A stretch of 64,000 nt of DNA from positions 64,001-128,000 of the forward strand of contig CAWJTV010000038.1 of NCBI GenBank assembly GCA_963845755.1, read 5' to 3'. The notes under the pieces are model-generated. The model searched no databases and was not told where the DNA came from. It saw only the letters and a program-made list of their open reading frames with translations. Origin of the DNA: an uncultured Planctomycetota bacterium (GTDB lineage: Bacteria; Planctomycetota; Planctomycetia; Isosphaerales; Isosphaeraceae). Within the stretch, counting starts at the first letter, position 1; every line of letters starts with the position of its first letter. Both the position numbers and the translations under genes were made by a program. Shown one piece after another: positions 31,081 through 42,009 of the stretch.

Positions 31081-34000
31081 ATGGCGAAGATCATGGCGAA
31101 AGGGAGTTGGGGGATCGGGGCCCTGGTGGTCCTGTTGATGGGGTCGGTCGCGGCCGGCGCCTCGGATGAGAAAGAGAAGGCCAAGGCGAAGGTCAAGAAA
31201 CCGGCCGGTACGGCGGTGTCGGCCTCGGGGCCGAAGATCAGTTACGACCGGCAGATCCGCCCGATCCTCCAGGCCCAGTGCCAGGGTTGCCATCAGCCGG
31301 CCAAGGCTGGCGGTGCCTATGTGATGACGGCCTTCGATCGGATGCTCAAGGGTGGCGAGAGCGACGTGCCAGCGATCGTGCCCGGCAAGCCGGATGAAAG
31401 CTACCTCATCGACAAGATCACCCCCCAGGACGGCAAGGCGGAGATGCCCCAGGACAAGCCGCCGCTGTCGACCGCCGAGATCGAGCTGATCGGCCGATGG
31501 ATCGCCCAGGGCGCCGCGGATGACATGCCCCAGAACGCCAAGGCGCGGTACGACATGAATCATCCCCCCGAGTACACCCGGCTGCCGGTGATCCCGGCCC
31601 TGGCGTTCTCGCCCGATGGGTCGCTCCTGGCGATCGCCGCGTTCCATGAAGTCCTGCTCTGGAAGGCCGACGGATCCGAGCTGGTCGGCCGGCTGGTGGG
31701 CCTCTCCGAACGCGTCGAGTCGCTGGCGTTCTCGCCCGACGGCAAGAAGCTTGCCGTCACCGGCGGGCGCCCGCGCGAATGGGCGAGGTGCAGGTCTGGG
31801 ACGTCGCCGAGCGCAAGCTCTTGCTCTCCGTCCCGGTCACCTATGACACCGTCTACGGCGCAAGCTGGTCGCCCGACGGCACCAAGATCGCCTTCGGCTG
31901 CGTGGATAACACCGTCCGGGCCATCGACGCCAAGACCGGCCAGCAGGTGCTGTTCATGGGCTCGCACAGCGACTGGGCCCTCAACACGGTCTTCTCGGCC
32001 GACGGCAGCCACCTGATCTCAGTCGGCCGCGACATGACGGCCAAGCTGACCGAGGTCGCCACACAGCGGTTCGTCAACAACATCACGTCGATCACGCCCG
32101 GGGCGCTCAAGGGAGGTCTGGCGGCCGTCGCCCGCCATCCCAAGCGCGATGAGATCATCATTGGCGGCTCCGATGGCGAGCCCAAGCTCTACCGCATCAT
32201 CCGCCAGACCGTACGGGTCATCGGCGACGACTCCAATCTGATCCGCGAGTTCCCCGCCCTGCCGGGCCGCATCTATAGCGTCGCCATCAGCACCGACGGC
32301 AAGCGGATCGCCGCGGGGAGCAGCCTCGACGGCGCCGGTGAGATCGGCGTCTATTCCTACGAATTCGACACCGGCTATCCAGACAAGATCAAGGCCATCA
32401 ACTCGAAGGTCGTCACCGCGCGATCGGCCGCGGAAGTCGCCGAGCTGGACAAGTACCATAAGCAGGGGGTCAAGGAGATCGCCCGCGTGAAGCTGCCGCA
32501 AGGCGGCGTCTATGCGGTCGCATTCCGCCCCGACGGCAAGGTCCTTGCCGCTGCCGCCGCCGACGGCATGATCCGGCTCCTCAACCCCGAGACCGGCTCG
32601 TCGATCAAGGAATTCGCCCCGGTGACCGTCAAGACCTCCTCGGTCGCCCAGAACGCTTCGGTCACCATCATCCCGCCCAAGCAGGAAACCTCGCTCGAGA
32701 CGGAGGTGCTTCCCAAGGGTACGAGCCTCTCGGCGCTGGAGGTCCAGCCGAAGGAGATTCGGCTGACCACTCCGTTCGCCTACGCCCAGCTTCTGGTCAC
32801 GGCGCGGCTGGGCTCGGGCGAGACGATCGACGCGACCCGGATGGTCGAGGCGTCGCTATCGACGGCGATCGCCGAGGTCTCGCGGTCGGGCCTGGTGCGG
32901 CCCCGTGCCGACGGCAAGGCCACGCTGGTCCTCCGCCTTGCGGGCAAGTCCGCCGAGGTCCCGGTGACCGTGCTGGGCCTGCACACGGCGCCGCAAGGTC
33001 GATTTCGTGCACGACGTCGCGCCGGTCCTCTCGCGGCTGGGCTGCAACGCCGGGACCTGCCACGGCTCGGCCCAGGGGAAGAACGGGTTCAAGCTCTCGC
33101 TCCGCGGTTATGACCCGCTCTTCGACACGCGCGCCCTCACCGACGATCAGGCCGCCCGGCATATCAACCTGGCCTCGCCGGACGACAGCATGATCCTCTC
33201 CAAGCCCACCGGCGCCGTACCGCATGTCGGCGGCGCGTTGATCCAGCCGGGCGAGCCGTACTACGAGATCATCCGTGCCTGGATCGCCGACGGCGCCCGC
33301 CTCGACCTGACCACGCCGAAAGTCAGCAAGATCGAGGTCTATCCGATCGACCCGGTCGTCCAGCGGCTGGGCACCCGGCAGCAGCTCCGCGTGCTGGCGA
33401 CGTATTCCAACGGCGAAGTCCGCGATGTGAGCCGCGAAGCCTTTCTCGAGAGTGCAAACTCCGAAGTCGCCGTGGCCGGCCGCGCCGGGCTGATCGCCGC
33501 CGTTCGCCGCGGCGAGGCCCCGATCCTCGCGCGATTCGAGGGGAACTATGCCTCCACCACGCTCACCGTCATGGGCGACCGCACCGGGTTCGTCTGGACC
33601 GAGCCCCCGGCCTACGGCGCGATCGACAAGCTGGCCGCACGCAAGTGGGAACGGATGAAGATCCTCCCCTCCGGTCTCTGCACCGATGACGAGTTCCTCC
33701 GACGCGTCACCCTCGACTTGACCGGCTTGCCCCCGACCGCCGAGGACGTCCGCAAGTTCCTGTCCGACACCCGAGATAGCCGGGTCAAGCGCGACGAGAT
33801 GGTCAACCGCCTGATCGGCAATCCCGACTTCGTCGACTACTGGACCAACAAGTGGGCCGACCTGCTCCAGGTCAATCGCAAGTTCCTGGGCGTCGAGGGA
33901 TCGGTGGCCTTCCGCAACTGGATCCGCGCCCAGGTCGCCGCCAACCTGCCGTACGACAAGTTCGTCCGCACGGTGCTGACGGCCACGGGCTCGAACCGGG

Positions 34001-36243
34001 AGAACCCCGCGGCGTCCTACTTCAAGATCCTCCGCGAGCCGGCGTCGACCATGGAGAACACGACGCAACTGTTCCTGGCGGTCCGCTTCAATTGCAACAA
34101 GTGCCACGACCACCCCTTCGAGCGCTGGACCCAGGACCAGTACTACCAGACGGCGGCCTACTTCGCGCAGGTGGACCTCAAGGCCGACCCGGCCAGCGGC
34201 GGCCGGATGATCGGCGGCACGGAAGTCGAGGCGGCCAAGCCGCTCTTCGAGATGGTCTCGGACACCAGCAAGGCCGAGGTGGTCCACGACCGGACGAAGA
34301 AGTTGACCGCACCGAAGTTCCCCTATCAGAACGTCTACCACCATCCGGGCGCCGGCGCCACGCGACGGGTCGAGCTGGCCGAGTGGTTGACCTCGAAGGA
34401 GAATCCCTACTTCGCCAGGAGCTACGTCAATCGGCTCTGGGGTTACATGCTGGGCGCAGGAATCATCGAGCCCCTGGACGATATCCGCGCCGGCAACCCG
34501 CCCTCGAACCCCGAGCTGCTCGATTATCTCACCAGGGAGTTCGTCAAGGGCGGCTTCGATGTCCGTCATGTGATGCGGCTGATTTGCAAGTCGCGAACCT
34601 ATCAATTGTCGGTCGAGTCGAACAAGTGGAACGCCGACGACAAGGTGAACTACTCGCACGCGATCGCACGACGGCTGCCGGCGGAGGTCCTGCTGGACGC
34701 GGTCTACCGGGTCACCGGTTCGGTATCGAAGATCCCAGGAGTGGCGCCGGGGACCCGCGCGGCGTCGCTGCCCGATTCGGGTGTGGAACTGCCCAGCGGC
34801 TTCCTGACGACCTTCGGCCGTCCGGCGCGAGAGCGCCTGCGAGTGCGAGCGATCCAGCGGCATGCAGCTCGGGCCGGTCATGGCCCTGGTCAGCGGCCCT
34901 ACGCTGGCCGACGCGCTGGCCGACCCGTCCAGCGAGCTGACGCGGCTGGTCTCCACCCAGGGGGATGATGTCAAGCTGATCGACGAGTTGTTCCTCCGGA
35001 TCCTCAACCGGAAAGCGACTCCCGCGGAGGTTGAGACGTGCCGCAAGGACATGCAGGCTGTCGAGGAGGACCACCGCAGAATGGCCGAGGAGTTGGGCCG
35101 CAACGAGGCCGAGTTCGCCATCAAGCGCCCCGATCTCGAGCGCAAGCGCATGGCCGCCATCACGTCGGCACAGACCGCGCTGGCCACCTACGAGAAGGAA
35201 TTGGCTCCCCGACTCGCCGAACAGGAGAAGAAGCGGGCCGAAGCGACCGCCAAACTCGAGGCCGACCTGAAACACTACGAGACCAACACGATCGCCAAGA
35301 AGATGGCCGACTGGGAGAAAGCCCATGCCGCGTCGATCGTCAACCGATGGGTCGTCCTCGAGCCCAAGACGACCGGCGCGACCAACCGGTCGGTCCTGAC
35401 CAAGGAGGCCGATGGCTCGATCTCGGTCTCGGGCCGCAACACCAACGGGGTGGTCACGATCGTCGCCGAGACCGAGCTGACCGGGATCACGGGATTGCGG
35501 CTCGAGGTGCTCCCCGACAGCCGGCTGCCCAGCAGGGGACCGGGGCGGGCGTCCGACGGCAACTTCGTGCTCAATGAGCTCCAAATGACCGCCGCTCCCA
35601 AGGCCGACCCGAAGCAGGCCAAGCCGGTAAAGCTGGAGAAGGCCATCGCCGACTTCAGCCAGAATGACTTCGATATCTCGAAGGCCATCGACGGCAGCGC
35701 CAACGACCAGGGCAACGGCTGGGCCATCTCGCCGGCCACCGGGACGACTCACTGGGCGACGTTCGAGACGGCCCAGCCGTTCGGCGCCGCCGGCGGCACG
35801 GTGCTCACCATCAAGATGTCTCATCTGTTCCAGAACGTCTGGACGCTCGGCCGGTTCCGCCTCTCGGTCACCCCAGGCGCAAGCCGGTCGGCCCGAGTCT
35901 CCCGGAGGACTTTCGCGCCATCCTGGCCGTCGCCCCCGAGTTGCGGACCGAGGCCCAGAAGAATGCCCTTCTCGCCTACTTCCGGGCCATGGATGCGGAG
36001 TTGCGGGCCAAGAACGACGCGTTCGCTGCGAGCAAGGTGCCGCTTCCGGTCGATCCCAAACTCAAGGACCTGCGCGACCAGCTCGAATACGCCAAGAAGC
36101 CGGTCCAACCCGACCCGGTCCTGCTGGCCCTGCGCCGCGATGTAGAGATCAGCGTCGGTCAGGCCGCCGTCCGGCGGCTCACCGCCGCCCAGGACATCGC
36201 CTGGGCCCTCATCAACAGCCCGGCGTTCCTGTTCAACCACTGA
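31081..36243 (+). CDS. Giant (~1700 aa) cytochrome c + WD40 + Ig-like + DUF1549/DUF1553 protein, four frameshifts (~31773, ~32990, ~34827, ~35879)
   Basis: CQGCH, WD repeats (AFSPDG), [33 protein letters not shown] across a frameshift, C-terminal [13 protein letters not shown]. Confidence 0.87.
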
Positions 36244-36574
36244 CAATGAGACGGACTGTGAGGGTCGTGCGGGTTGATCAGAATCCCGCCGACCCTCGAT
36301 CCGCCAAGCCCGGTCCGGTGGGTTGTCGCGCGGTCTCGTTCAATTGGAGAATTCCCCTTCCGACGCGGCCGTCGAAGTTTAGGATGACGCGTCGGATTCG
36401 TCTGACCGTTCCGATTCCGCGTGGCGTATTCGGCGAGGTGTCTCGAGAGCATCACGTGGAAACGAGACCGGCGGGCGCGGTCTAGGTCCGCGCCCAGGAT
36501 GCCCGGCCAGATTTGCGAATGTGGGATATGTTGCTATCGGCTGCTCTGAAAGATCAAGAGCCTTGAATCTGCGC

Positions 36575-36724
36575 TCATTTCTGGCCCCAGAGGACGGTGC
36601 GAAGTCGCACGCTCGCGGCGGGGTCGGCCTCGAGCAATCCCTCGTGGAACCAGCGCGTCCAGCCCCGCGGCCGGCGCGACTCACGACGGACTCCGTAAAT
36701 CTTGCGACGCTTCCTGGGACTCAT
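36575..36724 (-). CDS. Candidate small basic protein (49 aa)
   Basis: AAGGAG ribosome-binding site 7 nt upstream of ATG; MSPRKRRKIYGVRRESRRPRGWTRWFHEG... Confidence 0.35.
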   Translation of the reverse strand: MSPRKRRKIYGVRRESRRPRGWTRWFHEGLLEADPAASVRLRTVLWGQK

Positions 36725-37184
36725 GGTCATCTCCTTGAGAAAAGAAGCCATGGAGAAGAAGTGGAGGTCCGATGATCCCCTCATTAAGCAACTGGAATAC
36801 CGAACGCCCGAATCTCGCCCGGATGTTGCGTTTTTCCGATCGGCCGCGACGAACCTTCAACACAAAGTGATGACTCTCTTACGGATCAGCCGACCTGTCC
36901 TTTCGGGAGCAACGAACAGGTGCATGTGAACGGGCTCCGGGAATGGGTGCGCGGCTCACGCTGGTTTTGTAAGCATTGCCGCGAACGCCGTGTGCATTGT
37001 GGAAAACGCTTGGGCGCAACGTGAACGAGCGTGGATGCTGAGTCGGAGTTGGGTGGATCGTCGGCGTCCGCGGTGAAGTCACGAGGCTCTTCAAGCCGGC
37101 ACGAGGCCGCTTGATTCGAAGGGCCGCTTTGCGAGGCATCCGAATCTGGCCAACACCGATCTTCCACGACGGAGGACTCCGACG

Positions 37185-38090
37185 ATGGGTTCTGGGTTCC
37201 GCGAAATCTGGGACTCGATGCTTTCCTGGTTCCAGGGCATCGACGTCTGGCACGTCAGCCAGTTCCTCGCCGAGAAGCTCTTCGAGGGGCTGCTCCAGGC
37301 GATGGCCGTGGTGGTCATCGGCTGGCTGGTGCTGTATCGCCAGTGGCGTCAGATCACACAGGGGCGGTCGGACCAGGTCGTATTCTCGGCGAACTTGCTA
37401 ACGCCGATTGGTGAACCCGCGGCTGGCAGGAACGAGGCCGATCGGTACGTGCTCCAGCTCCGGACCGTGCTGCCGCCCCGGACGATCGACCTGCTCCTGG
37501 ACAACGTGGCGCTGCGACGGGTGACGCGCCACCTGGCCGAACAGGCCAGCCTCGCCGATCCGATCCTCGCGACCGAGGGGACCGCCGGCTTCGAGATCAT
37601 CAACGACATCGTCAACAGCGTGGCGGGGAGCCTGGCCGCCGCGCCGTTCCGGCGGGATCAGTGGCTCCTGGCGGTCACCTGCGAGGATCGGAAGGTCGTC
37701 CGCAAGTGCTGCATTCGCGTGCTCCTGATCCGTCGAATCGACCTCGAGCGCCTGGCATCGTGGGACTGGTGCCGCGAGCACGTGCTGGTCGAGGAATGGT
37801 ACCACTTCTGGAGGATTGTCACGCTCCATCAGATCGCTCTCCGGTTCCGGGAAGAGCAGGAACGGCAGAAGTCTTCACGCGTCCAGGATATCCAGGAGAA
37901 CCTCTTGCCTCTGGTGGATAGCCAGGCCCATCATCCGCGAGTCCGACCGCTATCTCTCGGCATCAACATCGAAGAGCCGATCATCAAGCCGCCCATCGCG
38001 GTCGACTGGGCACGTTATCTGCCGCAGATCGCGGCGATGGGTCTGAAGCTGCCAAATACAACGGCTCCGGCGAAGGATGCACCAGCCTGA
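37185..38090 (+). CDS. Hypothetical protein with N-terminal membrane anchor
   Basis: GGAGG RBS, host-like codon usage, one TM segment. Confidence 0.75.
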   Translation: MGSGFREIWDSMLSWFQGIDVWHVSQFLAEKLFEGLLQAMAVVVIGWLVLYRQWRQITQGRSDQVVFSANLLTPIGEPAAGRNEADRYVLQLRTVLPPRTIDLLLDNVALRRVTRHLAEQASLADPILATEGTAGFEIINDIVNSVAGSLAAAPFRRDQWLLAVTCEDRKVVRKCCIRVLLIRRIDLERLASWDWCREHVLVEEWYHFWRIVTLHQIALRFREEQERQKSSRVQDIQENLLPLVDSQAHHPRVRPLSLGINIEEPIIKPPIAVDWARYLPQIAAMGLKLPNTTAPAKDAPA

Positions 38091-38117
38091 CTGTCGGGTT
38101 CCGATTCGCCGGGCTCG

Positions 38118-38942
38118 TCACATGCGACGCCTGCGCGGCTTGAGCAACGTCGAGGCCCATTCGGTTTGTTCCGGAGTCAGTCGGGGCACGATCGGATCCT
38201 TGACGTATTCAACCTCATGTTGAAACGGGCCGGCGTCATAGGCCTGGTTGAAAGCATTCTGGAGGTCGAGAGGTACGTCGGAGTCTCCCGGCAGCAGTGG
38301 GATGCCTATCCTGGGTAGACGCTGAGTCAGAGCCATTGGATAGACGAGGAACTCATTTGGTCGATGAAAGCGATGGATCGAGACCAGGTAATCGAACGGG
38401 ACGGCTTGCGCCCTGACGAGGTCTCTGGGAACGGCCAGCGTGTGCGTCCCGCCGCGCAGCAGGTCGATCTCGACCAGGTGAGTCTCACTTTCCAGAGTCT
38501 TCCGCTGCTTCTCCAGAAACTTCTCGCGTCCCGTATTGCCGATCTTCTTATTGGCCGGACTGAGGATCTCGATTGAGGTGACGATCTGGACTTCCTTGCC
38601 ACGGCGACGTCGTACCTCAAGGAAGGACTGCTTGAACGGCCCATGCTCGATCGTCTCAACCGTCACGACCAGGGGACCACCTTCCCGAGGCTCAGTTAGC
38701 AAGGCGAGACCGTCACCGCGCCGCTTCCTCCGCTTAGGAGCCGAATGGACGACTTCGACATCGGGTTCCATGTGGCGCTGCGTGTACTCGAGCCAGACGC
38801 GCCGGCTCGACTGTGCATAATAGGAGGCAGGCAGTCTCCGCTGCAGCACGCTTTTCATGAAGATGATGAGGCTGCCATGGAGATCCGGAAACCAGTCCGG
38901 GCTCTCCAGGTACGGGTCCATTCCGAGGAACGGCGAGGGCAT
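38118..38942 (-). CDS. DUF4058 family protein (restriction-endonuclease-like fold)
   Basis: MPSPFLGMDPYLE, EPDV, IEILSPANK, LVEIDLLRGG, LDLQ. Confidence 0.88.
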   Translation of the reverse strand: MPSPFLGMDPYLESPDWFPDLHGSLIIFMKSVLQRRLPASYYAQSSRRVWLEYTQRHMEPDVEVVHSAPKRRKRRGDGLALLTEPREGGPLVVTVETIEHGPFKQSFLEVRRRRGKEVQIVTSIEILSPANKKIGNTGREKFLEKQRKTLESETHLVEIDLLRGGTHTLAVPRDLVRAQAVPFDYLVSIHRFHRPNEFLVYPMALTQRLPRIGIPLLPGDSDVPLDLQNAFNQAYDAGPFQHEVEYVKDPIVPRLTPEQTEWASTLLKPRRRRM

Positions 38943-39141
38943 CGGGCGATTCCTCTCTTGGGAATTCTTGCTCTTGAGTCATTGTGGCCAGGGCGTTCGG
39001 GCCGGTCAATCGCGGGTGCCTCGAGCGACTTGCAGTCCTGATGGGTCGTTGCGGCGCCCGTCGGGACCGGGTAGCCTTGGGAGTCGGATTGAGGGCATTT
39101 CGTCGGGATCTCTTCGTATCCGGATCACAGGAGTATCTTCG

Positions 39142-40383
39142 ATGTCGCATCACGAGCATGCCGCGGACAGCCTCGGCCGTCGACAGTTCCTGGCCGCCGG
39201 CGCGGCGGTCCCCGTACTGGCCGGGATGTCCTTGACCTACGTCTCGGCCCAGGAGCCCAGGGCGGCCGCCGGCAAGGCCGAGGCGAGCCAGAAATGGGGC
39301 ATTCCTGGCCCCTACCCCGGCCGTGTCATCGAGGTCCGCAATCCCCGGATGATCAAGGACGACGTCAAGGATCGCGGGGCGATCCACGCGGCGATGGACC
39401 GCGGCATGAAGGAGCTGACCGGTTCCACCGACGCCGTCGAGGCCTGGCGCAGCTTCTTCGAGCCGGGCGACGTGGTCGGCGTCAAGATGAACCCGGTCGG
39501 CAGGCCGCTGGCCACAACCTCGTTCGAACTGATGCTCGAAGTGATCGATGGCCTCCAGGCCGCCGGAGTCAAGGCCAAGGACATCGTCGTCTTCGAGAGA
39601 TACCGCGACGAGCTCCTCGACGCCAAGATCCACCAGGCCGTACCCGACGGGATCGCCTGGACCGGCCTGGGCATCGCCTACAACGGCAAGCAGATCGATA
39701 TCAAGGGAGACGACGAGAATTCCGGCAACCTCGATCGGACCACCGGCTACGACCCCGACGAGTTCATGGTCATGGAGCTGGTCATGCCCGGCAATGATCC
39801 CCATGACGACCGCTCCCGGCGCTCGCACCTCGGGCTGCTGGTGACACGACGGGTCAACAAGCTCGTTCTCCTGCCGGTCCTGAAGGACCACGGCTCGGCC
39901 GGGGTCACGGGCGCCCTCAAGAACATGAGCCACGGACTGGTCAACAACGTCTGCCGATCCCACGGCACGCCCGATACGAACGTCTGCAACCAGTTCATCC
40001 CGCAGGTCGTCAACCACCCGGTCATCCGCCGCAAGTGCGTCCTCCAGATCATGGACGGCATCAAGGGGGTCTACCAGGGCGGACCGGGCGCATCGCGGCC
40101 GGAATGGACCTGGGAGAACAACGCCCTCTTCTTCGCCACCGATCCCGTGGCGATGGACCACGTCGCCTGGCGTTATGTCAACGCCAAGCGGAAGGAGAAA
40201 GGCCTGCCGCCGGTCGGCGCCGCCGGCAAGCTGGGCCTCGACCCCCTGAAGAGCGAGGGCTTCGATATCCGCCAACCCCAGCACATCCCCCTGGCCGCCA
40301 ACCTCGGCCTGGGTATCTTCCCCTTCGACTCGCCCAGGGGGAAACGGAACGAGATCCAGCATCGGGTCGTCTCGATCACGTGA
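39142..40383 (+). CDS. DUF362 domain-containing protein with Tat signal
   Basis: GRRQFL, DVVGVKMNP, PVLKDH...TGALKN, ATDPVAMD. Confidence 0.85.
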   Translation: MSHHEHAADSLGRRQFLAAGAAVPVLAGMSLTYVSAQEPRAAAGKAEASQKWGIPGPYPGRVIEVRNPRMIKDDVKDRGAIHAAMDRGMKELTGSTDAVEAWRSFFEPGDVVGVKMNPVGRPLATTSFELMLEVIDGLQAAGVKAKDIVVFERYRDELLDAKIHQAVPDGIAWTGLGIAYNGKQIDIKGDDENSGNLDRTTGYDPDEFMVMELVMPGNDPHDDRSRRSHLGLLVTRRVNKLVLLPVLKDHGSAGVTGALKNMSHGLVNNVCRSHGTPDTNVCNQFIPQVVNHPVIRRKCVLQIMDGIKGVYQGGPGASRPEWTWENNALFFATDPVAMDHVAWRYVNAKRKEKGLPPVGAAGKLGLDPLKSEGFDIRQPQHIPLAANLGLGIFPFDSPRGKRNEIQHRVVSIT

Positions 40384-40662
40384 GTTCGCCCTCAGGTCAT
40401 CGACCGGGAGGAGGAGAGGCCCCGACGCGAGTTCGCGCCCGCCCCCGCGACGCGAGTCGAACCGGCGCCTCCTGCCGGGACGGACACCCTGCGAGGAAAG
40501 CGGTCCGAAGAAATCCTCGTCCCCCTTGATCGAGCCGGAGGGACTCTCTACAATTGTCCGATGTCGGACAAATGCCGGAGGTCGGACGTTGCCGGACCCC
40601 GGCCTGCACAGGCCGTCGCGGTGTCGGCGGCATGGGGTCATTCTCCACGGGAGGTTCTCGCC

Positions 40663-41988
40663 ATGAGGGAAAGCGCTTCGGCGATAGCGCGTCGGCGGGT
40701 GGGCGTGGGGCTGTCGGTGCTGGTCGTGTCGTGGTTGTTGTGGATTCTCACTCCGGGAATTCCGGTGCTGAGCGGTCCGCACGCGAGTGCGGAGGTGCAA
40801 CAGGCAGGGCTGGCCCTGTTCGAGCACGAGTGGCAGCCGGGGGATTCGCTGGCATCGGGCGATGGGCTGGGCCCGGTGTTCAACGAGCGATCGTGCGTGG
40901 CCTGCCACTTCCAGGGGGGAGTGGGCGGAGGCGGCGATGCGCGGCACAACGTCGCGTCGTTCGAGGCCCGTCCGGTGCCGGGGCGACCCGAGGTCCAGGG
41001 AGGGGTGATTCATAGCTTCGCCGTCTCGAAGGACTGCCGGGAGAATGCGGGCGACCTCCACGACTTCTTCCCCGTCGTCAAGGGCGGTCTGAAGATCGTC
41101 GGCGGCTGCACGGTCGAGGTCCGCGACTTCGACCCGGTGCAGGTGCAGATGGTCAACACGACGGCCCTCTTCGGTGCGGGTTGGGTTGACCGGATCTCGA
41201 GTAAGAGCATCGTGCACCAGGGCCGGCAACAGTTGTGGCAGGTGGTCGGCAAGGAGATCCTGGCCGATCTGACGAGCATCCCGCCGGGCCGACCCCATGT
41301 GCTGGCGGATGGCCGGATCGGCAAGTTCGGCTGGAAGGCCCAGTTCGCCACGCTGGAGGAGTTCGTCGCCGCCGCATGCGCCAACGAGCTGGGGCTGGGC
41401 AATCCCATGATGGAGCAGGCTCGGCCGTGGACACACGGGACTCATGAGAAGGTGAACGCCGACCTGGACGCATCGCAATTCCGCGCGCTGGTCGCATTCG
41501 TTGACACCCTGCCCCGGCCGGTAGAGATCCTGCCGGAGGAGACGCGGGCGCGCGATCAGGCCGAACGCGGCAAGGTCCTGTTCGGGCAGGTCGGCTGCAC
41601 GATCTGTCATACGCCCGACCTGGGCGGAGTATCGGGTGTTTACAGTGACTTCTTGTTGCATCAGATCGCCGAGAGGAAGGCCAGCGGATACTCGGAGGAA
41701 ACCAGCGTCCCGTTGCCGGAAGATCACCCGCGGCCGGATGAATGGAAGACGCCGCCGCTCTGGGGCGTCGCCGACAGTGCCCCGTACTTCCACGATGGAG
41801 CGACGCCGAGCCTGGAGGCCGCCATCAAACGCCATCGGGGAGACGCGCAACTCGTCACGCATGCCTTTGAATCGCTCGACCATGCCGATCGCGCGGCGAT
41901 CGTCGGCTTCCTCAAGAGCCTCAAGGCTCCCGCCGAAGCCCGGCCCGCCGACGTCCGTTCGAGCAAGGTCATCGCCATGAGGCGCTGA
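40663..41988 (+). CDS. Di-heme oxidoreductase (DHOR) family protein
   Basis: GLGPVFNERSCVACH, GKFGWKA, CTICHTP, WKTPPLWGV, FHDG. Confidence 0.88.
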   Translation: MRESASAIARRRVGVGLSVLVVSWLLWILTPGIPVLSGPHASAEVQQAGLALFEHEWQPGDSLASGDGLGPVFNERSCVACHFQGGVGGGGDARHNVASFEARPVPGRPEVQGGVIHSFAVSKDCRENAGDLHDFFPVVKGGLKIVGGCTVEVRDFDPVQVQMVNTTALFGAGWVDRISSKSIVHQGRQQLWQVVGKEILADLTSIPPGRPHVLADGRIGKFGWKAQFATLEEFVAAACANELGLGNPMMEQARPWTHGTHEKVNADLDASQFRALVAFVDTLPRPVEILPEETRARDQAERGKVLFGQVGCTICHTPDLGGVSGVYSDFLLHQIAERKASGYSEETSVPLPEDHPRPDEWKTPPLWGVADSAPYFHDGATPSLEAAIKRHRGDAQLVTHAFESLDHADRAAIVGFLKSLKAPAEARPADVRSSKVIAMRR

Positions 41989-42009
41989 GTCTCGGCCCCG
42001 CGTCAACCA

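Noticed and set aside
32797..35187. 796-aa minus-strand ORF
   Set aside because: Shadow of the giant plus-strand DUF1549 gene.
38734..42006. 1090-aa minus-strand ORF
   Set aside because: Antisense to the DUF362 and DHOR genes; no recognisable domain.
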